DNA of 64,000 nt. Source: Diplonema japonicum. Taxonomy: Eukaryota; Protista; Euglenozoa: Diplonemea. The translations under genes were made by a program, and so were the position numbers. The notes below the pieces were generated by a model, which worked only from the letters and a program-made list of their open reading frames with translations, searched no databases and was not told the origin of the DNA. Each line of letters begins with the position of its first letter. Position 1 is the stretch's first letter. Of this stretch, positions 32,822 through 44,038 are shown in pieces. The stretch lies in contig OZ025673.1 in assembly GCA_964019335.1 (NCBI GenBank), forward strand, positions 124,001-188,000, written 5' to 3'.

Positions 32822-33820
32822 TAGGGGTCACATGGTAGTGGTAAAATGGGGTTTTTCAATTTTGCCAGTGCAGATTACTGGAGGTGAACCTTTCTGTGTT
32901 TTGCGCGGCATTTCTCCCAAGATTAAGATGGTAAGTTTATTTCTGCAAAGATTTCAGGTACCCAAACCGTGGTTACTGTTTTCAAAAATACAAATAAAGC
33001 ACTAGTAAGTGCTCCTAGAAGTGCCTTAATCCGGCAGATTTCGATCTTTTGGTCATTTTAGAGGGTATTGGGTGGTTTTTTCTTTTTGTTTAACCTTAGT
33101 AAAATATCTTTTTGAAAACTCTTCTTTTTCACTTTTACCACGTTTTTGAAAATAAAGGAAACGGAAACGGAAACGTTTCCTTATATAACCCTAGGGGGGT
33201 AGGGTCACATGGGGGTGGTAAAGTGGGTTTTTTCAAATTCGGAAATGCAGAACACTGGAGCCGCTTAAATTATGTAAAACACCCCTTTCTCGACCAAGAA
33301 ATCGATTTCCGCCCGGTACTTTTCATTTTTGGGCACCTACAAGGCATTATTTTGCATTTTTAAAACTGGTGACCACGGTTTGGTACCTGGCCTGTTGTCT
33401 CCCCTGTAGTTTCTGAGTTTTCTGAAAACTTTAGAATTTGACCATGGTTTGTTCCACCCTTTGAACGCGGCTCTTTAGGACGCCGCTACCGTTTGAACGG
33501 CAGAGTACTGTCTTACATTGTCCGACTGTGAACTCTTCTGTGTTTTGCGCGGCATTTTTGATGAATATCTATCATTTTCCCGAGGTTAGGATGTAGTTTG
33601 TTTTTGCAAATATTTCAGGTACCAAACCGTGGTCACTGTTTTTCAAAAATACAGATAAAGCATTAACAAGTGCTCAGAAATGCTCTAATCCGGCGAATTT
33701 TGATTTTTTGGTTAATTTGGAGGGTATTGGGCGGTTTTTTTTACCTTAGGGGAAAATCCTTTAAAAAACTTTTTTTTTTCCACGTTTAACCACGTTTTTT
33801 AGGACCATGTGACCCCCCCC
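32822..33820. mobile_element. Two adjacent copies (one truncated, one complete) of a non-autonomous TIR element with TAGGG(G)TCACATGG ends
   Basis: 32822-~33150 is colinear with parts of 33200-33820; right end CCATGTGACCCC at 33805-33816 is the inverse of the left end. Confidence 0.7.
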
Positions 33821-34500
33821 TAGGGCTACGTTGTCGGCGTACGGCCGTACGTACGCGTATTTCGAACGTACGCCGTACGCACTTTTTTTATTTTTGCTGC
33901 GTACGCGTACGCATTTTTTGCGTACGGCATTCATTTTGGAAGCCTAAGGCCATAGTCACTGGGCATGTGGTGGGAGACTCAAGGGCCTCTCTTGCGACCT
34001 ATTGGCATTAGGCTTTTGGGTCAGGCCTGCGGTGTACGGAGCTCGGGTAAGGGGAACCTTTCAAGGTGGAAGCCCAAAGATCGGCCATTGAGATTTGACA
34101 AAGCTGATTCTCTTGTCAGAGATATAATTCAGGTCAAACTCTACTTCAACAAACGTAGTTTCACCTGCACGCAGTTTGTGAGAGACTACTGACGTGTGAC
34201 GGAACTGGCGTTGGAAGACCTGCAGGGTGCCCGATCCTGATGACGAAGAGAACGTCTGATAGAGACGAATCGGGTGTAAAAGTGTTGCATGAAGCCTGCC
34301 GCCCACCCTCTCTTCCATCCATTTTTGTACCCCACTCCCCTTTGCCCCTCTTGTCCAACGTAAGCCCTTTGACCCGTAGCCTGTACCTGTAGGTGTAAGG
34401 AGCCGTACGCACAGCCGTACGACGTACGCACGTGCGTACGTATGCCGTACGCACTTTTTCAGATTTTGCTGCGTACGCGTACGCCGACAACGTAGCCCTA
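33821..34500 (+). mobile_element. Internally deleted hAT transposon with a dimerisation-domain remnant
   Basis: 23-bp perfect TIR TAGGGCTACGTTGTCGGCGTACG; many CGTACG subterminal motifs; ORF 33965-34192 WWETQGPLLRPIGIRLLGQ...NLSRW...VKLYFN resembles the hAT C-terminal dimerisation domain. Confidence 0.85.
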
Positions 34501-34574
34501 GGGGGGGGGGGGGGGGGGGGGGGGTGAAGATAATAAAGAGTACTGGAACATGCCCTCAAACAAAAAAAAATATA

Positions 34575-34630
34575 TATATGAGTTAAAGGAAGTCCTTGTG
34601 AGACGCCCCCCTTGTTCTCATCCACTACCT
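34575..34630 (-). mobile_element. ~56-bp 3'-terminal fragment of the LINE with a perfect 12-bp TSD
   Basis: Matches 4896-4950; AAAAAAAATATA on both sides (34563-34574 and 34631-34642). Confidence 0.92.
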
Positions 34631-34679
34631 AAAAAAAATATACACTAAAGGGGGGATATGGAAAAGAAGAAAATAAACA

Positions 34680-36417
34680 CTACTCGATAAACTCAAGTAG
34701 CGAGTCAACGATAGCCGGAGCAAGGTGGTACTTTATATGAACACATTCCACAGTGGCTCGCACACGGCCCTTGTAGTGGCGCGAGGCATAGCGTGAAATA
34801 CGTGTGTTTCGCAGCTGATGACGGGAGATCTGGAAGAAAAAAAAAAATCCTCTTCTTCTTTTTAACAATACACACCTCTTGTAAAATGAGCCTCTCTGTT
34901 TCCTGATATCTGCTCTGTCTCTCTTCCTGTGTCTCGGGCTTGCTAGTGGGTCCTGGCGATTTTATCCTATCTTCTACATCAGGGTCCAGCTTTGTGTCGG
35001 CCAAAGGTTCCCCGTCGCTGTGGCACAGCCTTGACCCTTTCTGGAAAAAGGGTAGATCCAGCAACCCCTCCAACGCTGATCGCTTGTTTGGGTTGAGTAC
35101 CAGCATCCTCTTCAGCGCCTCGATGCAGTCCGCCTCCGCATGCTTGAAAAACCGCGCGAAGTCCGTCCCGATCTGCCTCCCCCTGCGTTGCTCGCCTTCT
35201 TTTGTCCTTCGTACATACTCCACTGCCGACTTAGTCGCGAACCCCTTCACCTCATCAGGGTCAGGCACACCAAGAAGCAAGAAGATGTACTCCATCTGCT
35301 CCCTCGAGCTCTTCCCAGGTAAGAACGGTGCCAGTTGCGGAGACACCAGCTCCCCCACCACGCATCCCAGACTCCACACGTCCACCTTCTCCCCGGAGTA
35401 GTTCCCCAGCCCGTGTCCCAGGATCAGCTCCGGTGCACGGTAATACCGTGTGACCACGTAGTCTGTGAGGTGTGCTTGGCTGCCTTCGGACGCTTCGTCG
35501 ATGTGCGTGCGCGAGAGGCCGAAGTCGGACACAGCAACGCGAAGCTTGAGCGGCGGCCCATCGTAGCTGTCGGGTGTGGTCATCTCGTCCTTCGCGGAGG
35601 ACGTTTTGTGAAGGAACACCTTCTTCAGGTCTTTGAAAATAGCGGTGGCGTCCGGCTCCGTGGGGAAGGCGTCCCCGTCCCACCCGTGGCGGTCAAGGAC
35701 AGGGAGCAGCACGGCGGGCGAGGCATCAATGGCCTTGTGGACGGCCTCGCGAGAGACGTCGTGCTGCAGAGCTGTTACAGCGGGAGGCATCCGCATGCGG
35801 GACACCTGTTCGCTGCTGAGAATGCTGGCACTGTTTTTCACGGGCTGATAAAGGATGTTCTTGGGTGCGAGGTCTCGATGCAGGGCACCCCCGCTGTGCA
35901 TGTAGAGGAGGCCTCGGAGTGTCTGGTAGGCGATCATGGAAACGGTCTCGTTGGGGACGGGGATGGTGGACTCGCTCCCCCGCCATTTCCTGTACTCTCC
36001 CATCCAGTGGTCGAGGGAGCCCGCCATGAGGGGCATCACGATGTAGACCCACAGCGTGCTGCCGGTCCACGCGTGGTAGATCTCATTGGCGCAAGAGAGG
36101 TTGCTGTGGCGCAACCAGAGGCCCATGGCACGAATCTCGCGCAGAACGTGGCGAGGCCGCGAGTCGCAAGACAGCATCTTAATGGCAACCTTGTCGTTGG
36201 TACGCTGATCGACCGCCTTCACTAGCGCACCCTGCGCACCAGCACTTAGCCACGACAGTTCTGTGTAGTGTGAAGGCACCTTGAAGGGTACCTCCCGCCT
36301 CGTCCGATCTATCACCCTGAACCCTGAAGCCCATTTTAGCTCCGTTCCCTCTACATGGCTGAAGTCACCCACCACCAGCTCCACACGGAGGTTCGAAGGG
36401 TTCAGTTCCTCGTCCAT
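34680..36417 (-). CDS. Mitogen-activated protein kinase (TDY type) with a long insertion; 2 exons
   Basis: SAGAQG, VAIK, LREI, HRDLAPKN, DFG, LTDYVVTRYYRAPE, DVWSLGC; intron 34830-34875 (46 nt). Confidence 0.9.
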
Positions 36418-37117
36418 CTCCTCCTAACGTGTTGTGAAGAGTTGGCATGATACGGTGAAAAGAGGGCAATGAGATTTACTTAAAAAACTTCGCTTTCGAG
36501 GACAACGGTGAGGGTACAATGGGGTGTGGGGGTGTAGGGGGGGGGCGTGGTCTTTGCTTGCTAATGTTACTTCGTACATTTTCTTCTATAGAACGGGACG
36601 GTTTTTTTCTTTTTTTTTTCTTTTTCTTTTTTTTTTTGCAGATAAGATTTTAATCCCCGTTCATTTTTCTTTTTTTCTTTTTTCCTTCTCTCTTACACAG
36701 AACAAAAACCGAAATTAAAAACCTGTCCCACAGAGGGCAGCAGGGAAGAACCTTGGGAGAACACAGAAAGCTTTAGAAAACCGGTTCACTCCCTTCTTTC
36801 TTTCTCCCCCCCTTTATAAACACAAAATCAGCGGCACACAACAACACAAAAAAAAATAAAGGTGGGGTAACCTTATTTCTTTTTTCATTATCAGTAGCTA
36901 CCACATGTAATAAAACAAAAAAATAACGCCACTGACGGGGGGGGGGGGGGGGGGAAGCTGTTAGGAACATCTGCACTTGTGGCAGAGACTATAAAAAAAA
37001 GGGGGGGGGGACAATGAAGAAAAGAAATATGTACAAAACAAAAAAAGGGAAGAGGAGGGGGGAGGAGAAAAAAAACTATTCAACAAAAACACATCTTTTT
37101 CTTTTTCTTCTCAAATT

Positions 37118-38443
37118 TCAAATATAGCGCAAAGGCACATTATCCCTCCTCGTGATAGATGAAGACGCAGGGGACACGGGTGACTGAGGAGACCCGAAAA
37201 TCGTGGTAGGCGATGCAAGAGACGGCACTGCAGAGGGAAACGGCGAAGGCCCAGGGGAATTCGAGATAAAATTCGTCGGTGTAGCTGGATACATATTGAC
37301 ATTAGACCTCTCTATAGCGTCTATCGCGTCAGCAAGCTGCATCACAAGAGAAGCATCTGAGTACTTACGACTAGATGAACGTGGAGGTGGCTTCGACGGT
37401 GATGCTAGAGAAGCACCATGCGACAGACCTGTAACCGGACACCTTCTGCCTAAATCGATTGCCCCTCCACAATCCTGACACCGTTGGCTAGCATATTTCA
37501 CGTCAAAACCATCTTCAGGCCCGTCTGTGTACTTTGAAGGAGGCGGTTCCTTCCACCATTTTGAACCGACCTTTCCATTCCATGACACACCTGCCGCTGT
37601 GGGTGACTCAAGGGTAACTACAAATGACGTCCCCATGGGGGCTACCTGCAGCAGATCCACTATATCATCAGATCGAAAAACTGGCACGTTTGAAACTGCT
37701 CTTATAATGTCTCCAGGGACGATCCCACCACGATGTGCCTCAGAAGCGGTTTTAACAGATCTCACGGTGGTCGACTCGAGCTGCATGCCGTGCATGACAT
37801 CTGCAGGGTCCCTTGTCACTGTCACATATTTTGCGTGTTTCGAAGGCCGGATATTATCGACGAGAAGTGGGAGGTCACCCCACGGTTCAGGGAATGCAAC
37901 GGGGACCCTTGCTGCGTCGATCTCTTGAACGATGCCATCGCACACAATGCCTGTCACGGAGTTCAAAGCGATCCACTCGTCGCCTTCTAACCCGAAGGCT
38001 TCCACCAGTGTTCCTTCACGGAACATGTACCCGATGCCTGATTGTTCTTCGCTTTGCTGCGTTGCTCTTTCCGACAGCAACGCCCTTCCCTCTGATACCT
38101 TTGAGATGTTTCGTAACAGTAACGGGGTGCTGCCCCATGGAGGGGGGAAGCTCACGCTGACTCTTCCCATCTCATCGATGCCCCCGTCTACCCTGCCTAC
38201 TGTGTTGTTGAGCGCTTTCCATTCTGTTGAATGTAGACCCACAGCGCTGACAGCGCGGCCCAGTTCCACGCTGATCCCCTTCGCCTGCAGGTATTCCCTT
38301 CCCAGTGTTATCTTTTCGTCAGATGCGATGTTCACCAAACACTCGTTCCCGTCGGTCCACTCCACGACACCAAGCCTTCCGTTCATCGACTGCCATTCTG
38401 TCCCTCTCAGGGAATGGATCTCTACCACTTCGTGCGGCCTCAT
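37118..38443 (-). CDS. Protein with three SH3-like repeats plus a PDZ-like domain
   Basis: Three repeats of V...GL...EW..(M/L)N...G.V; HGMQLESTTVRSVKTASEAHRGGIVPGDIIRAVSN is PDZ-like. Confidence 0.7.
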   Translation of the reverse strand: MRPHEVVEIHSLRGTEWQSMNGRLGVVEWTDGNECLVNIASDEKITLGREYLQAKGISVELGRAVSAVGLHSTEWKALNNTVGRVDGGIDEMGRVSVSFPPPWGSTPLLLRNISKVSEGRALLSERATQQSEEQSGIGYMFREGTLVEAFGLEGDEWIALNSVTGIVCDGIVQEIDAARVPVAFPEPWGDLPLLVDNIRPSKHAKYVTVTRDPADVMHGMQLESTTVRSVKTASEAHRGGIVPGDIIRAVSNVPVFRSDDIVDLLQVAPMGTSFVVTLESPTAAGVSWNGKVGSKWWKEPPPSKYTDGPEDGFDVKYASQRCQDCGGAIDLGRRCPVTGLSHGASLASPSKPPPRSSSRKYSDASLVMQLADAIDAIERSNVNMYPATPTNFISNSPGPSPFPSAVPSLASPTTIFGSPQSPVSPASSSITRRDNVPLRYI

Positions 38444-39067
38444 CGTATGCTCATGTTCCCCTTTATTCACACTGTGATTAAAAAAAAAAAAAAAACCTCG
38501 TTCGACGCTTTTTCATTTGTTCGTACGATGGAGGTGGTGGTGGTGGGAGCAACCTTGACATGCGACACGGCGATGGACAGGAGATCTCAGCAACAACGGG
38601 AAATTATAAATTACTAAATGGGTCACGGTTTAGAAGGGGTGTGTCGACGGGGCGAACCTGAAACCGCGAAATAAGCGAAAGGAACTGGTGGTGAGTGGCC
38701 ACCGTCTTGGTGTTAAGCGGGGTTGCTGTAGCACAGCACCTATAGCCCGTAGCCCACTGGCATGTTTGGACAGACGGTTCACACGACGAATCCTTGTAAT
38801 AAAAAAGAAAAAAAGATGGTACAAAAAAAAAGGAGGTTACATAGGGGTAGGGGTAGGGGGTCTCTTCGTTTATATCCGCGAAATATCCGCAGCCCACTGT
38901 TCTAAAAAGTGAGAGGGAAGAGGGAGGGGGGATCTATGGGAACAGGAGGGGGGAAAAAAGAAGAAAAAAAAGAAGTTACAACAGGTGAAACGGGGATGGT
39001 GAAGACAGAGAAAGTTGGTCATTTTCTTTTCTTTCTTTCTTCACTTTTAGTTTTTCGTTCTTCAGCC

Positions 39068-40078
39068 TCACCGCCAAACACTGTAGCCCATGGAGCCCAT
39101 CGGAGCTGCCCCTGCAGGGTTCCTGTATGTATCGTCCATGGTAGTCCGTTGGAAGGTTCCAGCGCCAGTGTTACGCCGCGGGGGAGAAACTGAGCGGGTG
39201 AATGAGAGAGGCTGAGGGGGGTTCGACGAGACGAAGGTTGATGGTGCCATGACCGGCTGTAGAGAAGGGGTGGGTGCATAGGTAGTCGCAGGGGTGGGTG
39301 CATAAGTACTCGCTGGGGTGGGAGCATAGGTACTCGCTGGGGTGGGTGCATAGGTAGTCGCTGGGGGCGCGTAGGTAGTCGTTGGGGTGGCGCTGCGGGA
39401 GCTGTTGAGCTGCATTTGCAACCGTTGGTTGTCTTCTGCGAGACGACCGAGCGTGATGAGCAGCTCTGCCTCTCTCGTGGTGACACCTTGGCCTTGGTGT
39501 GTGGGGCTGGTCGACTGCAGCATCACAGGTTGTGATTGTGGTTGTGGTTGTGGTTGTGGTTGTGACTGCGGCTGTGGTGGTGGCTGCTGTATCTGTGGCT
39601 GTGGCTGCATAGAAAGAGAAGGTGAGGGCTGCACAGGTTGATGCACAAGGGGTGTTGGCTGCGGCTGCTGCGGTTGTGAGTACATTTGGCTATGATGCTG
39701 CCAAGCAGCATTAGCAGTTTGTACAGAAGGCACGCCCGATACACTCTGCACCTTTCGCCTCTCGTAGACATCCATGGCTTGGGTTCCCGACTTAGGCGAC
39801 ACCCCTGACGCCTGCCCCCCTGGTCCCTGCCCTCCTCCCTGCCCCCCTGATGCCTGCCCTGACCCCTGCCCTCCTGGACCCTGAGCAGCGGCCACTGTCG
39901 TCTTCCCCATCGCATCTACCAAGTTCGACTCCAGAACTGGCACCACCTCACCGTTTCCTAAGTCTACTAAAACCCCACCATCAGGCCGCTGCCCCACCAC
40001 CCTCCCCACTCGCCCGTTTAGGTGGATATGCCCCACCAGCCCGTGGATCTGCACGATGTCCCCATCCTCGGGTAACAT
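39068..40078 (-). CDS. SH3-like N-terminal module with Gln/Pro-rich and TYAPTPAS-repeat regions
   Basis: GDIVQIHGLVGHIHLNGRVGRVVG; QP repeats; short coiled coil. Confidence 0.7.
   Translation of the reverse strand: MLPEDGDIVQIHGLVGHIHLNGRVGRVVGQRPDGGVLVDLGNGEVVPVLESNLVDAMGKTTVAAAQGPGGQGSGQASGGQGGGQGPGGQASGVSPKSGTQAMDVYERRKVQSVSGVPSVQTANAAWQHHSQMYSQPQQPQPTPLVHQPVQPSPSLSMQPQPQIQQPPPQPQSQPQPQPQPQSQPVMLQSTSPTHQGQGVTTREAELLITLGRLAEDNQRLQMQLNSSRSATPTTTYAPPATTYAPTPASTYAPTPASTYAPTPATTYAPTPSLQPVMAPSTFVSSNPPQPLSFTRSVSPPRRNTGAGTFQRTTMDDTYRNPAGAAPMGSMGYSVWR
39268..39390 (-). repeat. Coding minisatellite, ~24-bp unit x5 (TYAP[PT]PA[ST])
   Basis: Repeated GGGGTGGG(T/A)GCATA(G/A)GTA on the + strand. Confidence 0.85.
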
Positions 40079-40199
40079 TCTCCCTCTGGTTATATGGTTG
40101 TTTTTTATTCTTTTTGTTTTTTGTTGTGGACAAGTGTGAACACAGAAAATGAAACAAGAAAAAAAAAATGAGAGATGAGAACAACGCCCTCCTTCCCCT

Positions 40200-41444
40200 T
40201 CAATAGAGATAGTTCGTCATCGCGGTGAATGCCTTTGAAACCCGCGGCCGGTTTTCCTGCACCCACGTGTCTTTCATCAGTTTTGCCTTTTTGTGCTTCT
40301 CACGGAAGTCCTTGTGTTCCTTGGGAGTGGCGACCTTTCTGGGCACCCATGGGGGCAAGGAGGGAAAGCCTGCCGTGGCTTTTTTGAACTGTTCCCGGAA
40401 GGGGTAGCAATCTGGAGTGTCAGAAAGGAGGAGCGTGAAGTAAAGGTCAAGGGCTTTTTCAGGGCGAGGCGGGGAAGTATAAAGGCTCATCATTGCGACC
40501 CAAGTACTCTGCTGCACAGACCGACGGGAAAGCGCCTCTTGATGGATGCGTTCGCCCTGCTCGACGAAATAGTTCTGCATGAACGGACTGCTGCTCTCAG
40601 CCTGCCGTTCTTTAAAGCAATCAATAGTAACTGTGTATGTAACAGCACTACGCTGCTTCTTGGGGAACTCTGCAAAGAACGAGTCATACCGCTGCCAGTT
40701 CTTAGTGTTGCGCAAGAAGACAAGCATGAAGTTTGCAAGGACTGGGTACTTCGAACCCTTAGCAACCTTCCATATGTGTTCTGCCGTCTGCAACTTACCC
40801 TTGCAGCGAGACAAGCATTTCAACATAGCTTCGTAATGGTGCATTTCGAAGTCCAGATTTGCCTTGGTCATCTCTGTTCCAAGTTCACCGAGTTCGTGTT
40901 GTGACTTAGCAAGACCCATTAGAATCGAGAAGGTCACCTTGTCAGGAGAAGGGAGTGTACCATCAAATATTTCTATCACTTCAGGGGCATTTCTTGATTT
41001 TGTTATGGTTGTCAAAGTGTTGTACATTTCGATGTCCTTAAAAGGGGAGTTCTTGGCGATTTGAACGGCCTCGTCGGTTCTCCCTTTCCTGCCCAAAAGA
41101 GAGATGAGTTTCAGGGTGGGGTGTTTCGGGAGCTGTGACGTGCAGTGGCCGTGGGCTTTCATCTCATTCAGCTTTCCGTAGACAGCTTTTAAATCCCCGT
41201 GTTCCGCCAGCCTTCCTACGGCGGCCCCGAAGGACTCGATTCCTATCTCGACGCCTCCCAGTGTTTTGAATCTCCCCCAGTCCTTTTTAAATTTGTCGCG
41301 CTCCTCCGCGCTTTGCAGTGTGTTGTCTCTGTTCTTCGCATTTCTTGTGTACCTCAGCTCCAGTACATTCCGAACCTGCTTGTCAGATGTCAAGCGTAAA
41401 TTTATCGGGTGCAGGTTTCTCAGCGCAAACTTTCCGCGGCACAT
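40200..41444 (-). CDS. PPR-like helical-repeat protein, probably mitochondrial
   Basis: DIEMYNTL, PDKVTFSILM, HHYEAMLKC, SAVTYTVTID and STWVAMMSLY are PPR-like motifs; basic N-terminus. Confidence 0.7.
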   Translation of the reverse strand: MCRGKFALRNLHPINLRLTSDKQVRNVLELRYTRNAKNRDNTLQSAEERDKFKKDWGRFKTLGGVEIGIESFGAAVGRLAEHGDLKAVYGKLNEMKAHGHCTSQLPKHPTLKLISLLGRKGRTDEAVQIAKNSPFKDIEMYNTLTTITKSRNAPEVIEIFDGTLPSPDKVTFSILMGLAKSQHELGELGTEMTKANLDFEMHHYEAMLKCLSRCKGKLQTAEHIWKVAKGSKYPVLANFMLVFLRNTKNWQRYDSFFAEFPKKQRSAVTYTVTIDCFKERQAESSSPFMQNYFVEQGERIHQEALSRRSVQQSTWVAMMSLYTSPPRPEKALDLYFTLLLSDTPDCYPFREQFKKATAGFPSLPPWVPRKVATPKEHKDFREKHKKAKLMKDTWVQENRPRVSKAFTAMTNYLY

Positions 41445-42181
41445 TTTCTTTTTTCTTTTTTCTCCCTCTCCTATTGTCATAAAAAAAAAATAAAAAAGGA
41501 AGAAAAAATATATAAAAAAAAAGAGAAAAGAAAAAATGGGGGGAAAAAATGGGGCTAGTCATTGTAGGAGGTAAGGGGTGGGGTGTGAAAGCAGGTGTTG
41601 TTAATATGCGGTCAATAATCTTTTTGTCTATCCAGGGGAAGGGGGGGAGGGCCTGCTTCATAATTCTTCTTCCCCCTTCGAATGTGTATTGGACCCTCGG
41701 ATAACCTCCCCTCCCTTTCTTTTTCTTCCTTTCTCCTTCTTTTGTTTCCTCTTGTTTCTTTTTCTTCAACAAGTATCTGGGGAGGGGAGAAAGAGGGGGG
41801 AAATTCAATGTGCATGGGGAGGGTGCTCACCGAAAAAAAAAAAAAAAAGAGAAAAAATAATATAACAGGAAACATCCGGCCCTTTTAACGAAACATGGCC
41901 TATTGAAACGAAGAATTCAGATCCGTTTCCCCCTCCCCGCTCCTTGTCCCTTAAAAGCACGTCGTATATCGGCACATGAGCGGCTTACGTTAGCCTTTTC
42001 AACGGGGTTCACCTTGGGCACTTGAAAAAAAAAAAAACACCTCCCTGCGTTTCCCTCCCCCGTTTGTCCCCAGGTTCCTACATTTTCTTTCTTTCTTCTT
42101 TTCCCCTGCCCTGAAGGGGCAAGGGAGGCTAGATTTCAAATTTTAAAAAGAGAGAAAAAAAAAATCTTTTTTTTTTTTATT

Positions 42182-42595
42182 TTATTTCAAACGCGATTCC
42201 ATTTTTCTTTTCGAAAGCTTCTTGGTGTGTGTCACTGACTGCCGACAGAGTGGGCAGAGGGGTTCGGGGGACGAAGTTCGAAGGCCTTTTGGAAGGCATT
42301 GTGGACAAAGAGGCGAGTGCATACAAGGAAGCAGCTGGCTGACCACAGGTCTCTCCAAGCATGCGACGCAGAGTGACTCCTCAGACGTTACGCTCCCAGC
42401 AACAGAAGAAGCTTGAGTAAGCTTTTCTCTATACGTTGTCATTTCTTCTTTGCTCACTCGAATTCTCAGCACATTTGGCTTAACATATGAAGCTTTCGCC
42501 TCCCTCTGGACTCCCGGTCGTGTGCTTACTCTCACTGACAAGATTCCACTTCTCCTAGCTACGTTGCTGAGCTCCAGGGGAGGAACCGATGGCAT
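42182..42595 (-). CDS. Small C3HC4 RING-finger protein
   Basis: CVACLERPVVSQLLPCMHSPLCPQC...CPLCR; start MPSVPP. Confidence 0.85.
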   Translation of the reverse strand: MPSVPPLELSNVARRSGILSVRVSTRPGVQREAKASYVKPNVLRIRVSKEEMTTYREKLTQASSVAGSVTSEESLCVACLERPVVSQLLPCMHSPLCPQCLPKGLRTSSPEPLCPLCRQSVTHTKKLSKRKMESRLK

Positions 42596-42994
42596 TGGTT
42601 TTTTTTTTTTTTGTTGTTGTTTTCCCCCCTTTCTCAAAGTATAAAAAAAAAACAATAAAAATGAAGAAGAAGAAAAAAAAAAAAAAAACCAATCAAGAAA
42701 AGAGGAGGGTGTTTTTAAAAAAAAAATAATATAAAAAAAAGGGGGGGGTAAACTAGAATGGGGGAGAAAGACACGGGGGAAAAGGGAAAGGGGGTGGGGA
42801 GGGGAAAAAAAAGGAACTACGAGTATGGGAATGGGAATGGGTGAACCCGTCTTCAAGTAAGAACATAAAAAAAACACTGGTTTCTTCTTCTTTTTTTTTT
42901 TCTCTTTCTTCTACACTACAAGGAAGAAGGTGGGGAAAAAAAAAAAATGTGTGAGAGAGAAGGAGGAGTGGGGGGGGAAAACAAAAAAAATTCT

Positions 42995-44038
42995 CTATGA
43001 AGCAAAAACGATAGCATTACTTGGCAACCGGTTCCCCTTCCAGAAAAAAAAAAAAAATGTACAAAAAAAATCTTTTTTTTTTAATTTGTAACCCGGTTGT
43101 TGTTCATCCAAAGACGGACCTTTTTTTTTTCTTTCTCCCCCCCTTAAAATATTCCATACCTTCTGATTGACATAGCCACGCGGATCGATATAATGAATCA
43201 TTGTCTCCCACAAGTCAAGCGGGATTCCGTATTTCGTGACCTTGCTCCAAACAAACCATAATCGAGCTATTTTCTTTCGGAATAGAAGGGGCCAAATACA
43301 GTGCAGCCGGTATGTGTAAGGACCATTACGCACCATCTCATCATTTACCCGACACTGCTCATAGATAGTAAACCCCTCCCATGTGTCGGTGGGCTGAGAG
43401 ACATAATTCCCGTCCAGGTTGACACTCACAAGCGACCGGTTGAAGCCCATGACCTCTGCCAGCATCTCGAGCCCCTCATAGGAAAGCAGGTTGTTTTTGA
43501 GATGCAAAACCTTAATGGTGTTCTGTGCTGCCAGGCAACGCGCAAGGTGAAGAAACGCCCCATCATGAATACCATTGCCTTCAAGAGAAAGCTGGTGGAG
43601 GTTAGATCGGAATATTGCGTGGGACAACATTTCTAACCCTTCATCGATCATCGCCTGCAACAAGCTTGTAATAAACAGATGCTCCACTGTTGCTACGTCT
43701 TCTAGTAAAGCACATATTTCAGACATGCCTTTTAATGTTAGCTGGTTCCGTTCGCCAGCGGTTGTCATGCCCAGTCCAAACGCTTTTATTCCCGGGTTCT
43801 GTCGAACAGCGTAGCAGGCGGCGGCGACAATGTCGTCGGTTATGATGTCCACCACCACCAGCTCCGTTAGCCGTCCTGCCTTTCCTGCAGCGTCTAGACA
43901 GTCTAGAACCTCCTCTGTTCCCCACCCTCCGTTCAAGCCGACCACGGCAATCTTTATTTCGTCTCGTTTCAATTTTTTCAGCATCACCGCTGCTCCCTGC
44001 GACTCGTTTGACGCTGTCGATTCGCTTCCACTTTCCAT
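42995..44038 (-). CDS. RNI-like leucine-rich-repeat protein (3' end uncertain)
   Basis: LHQLSLEGNGIHDGA, IKVLHLKNNLLSYEG, LVSVNLDGN. Confidence 0.8.
   Translation of the reverse strand: MESGSESTASNESQGAAVMLKKLKRDEIKIAVVGLNGGWGTEEVLDCLDAAGKAGRLTELVVVDIITDDIVAAACYAVRQNPGIKAFGLGMTTAGERNQLTLKGMSEICALLEDVATVEHLFITSLLQAMIDEGLEMLSHAIFRSNLHQLSLEGNGIHDGAFLHLARCLAAQNTIKVLHLKNNLLSYEGLEMLAEVMGFNRSLVSVNLDGNYVSQPTDTWEGFTIYEQCRVNDEMVRNGPYTYRLHCIWPLLFRKKIARLWFVWSKVTKYGIPLDLWETMIHYIDPRGYVNQKVWNILRGGERKKKGPSLDEQQPGYKLKKKDFFCTFFFFFWKGNRLPSNAIVFAS

Noticed and set aside
38604-38897. 97-aa minus-strand ORF
   Set aside because: No motif and a doubtful start; may be a UTR or an unassigned exon.
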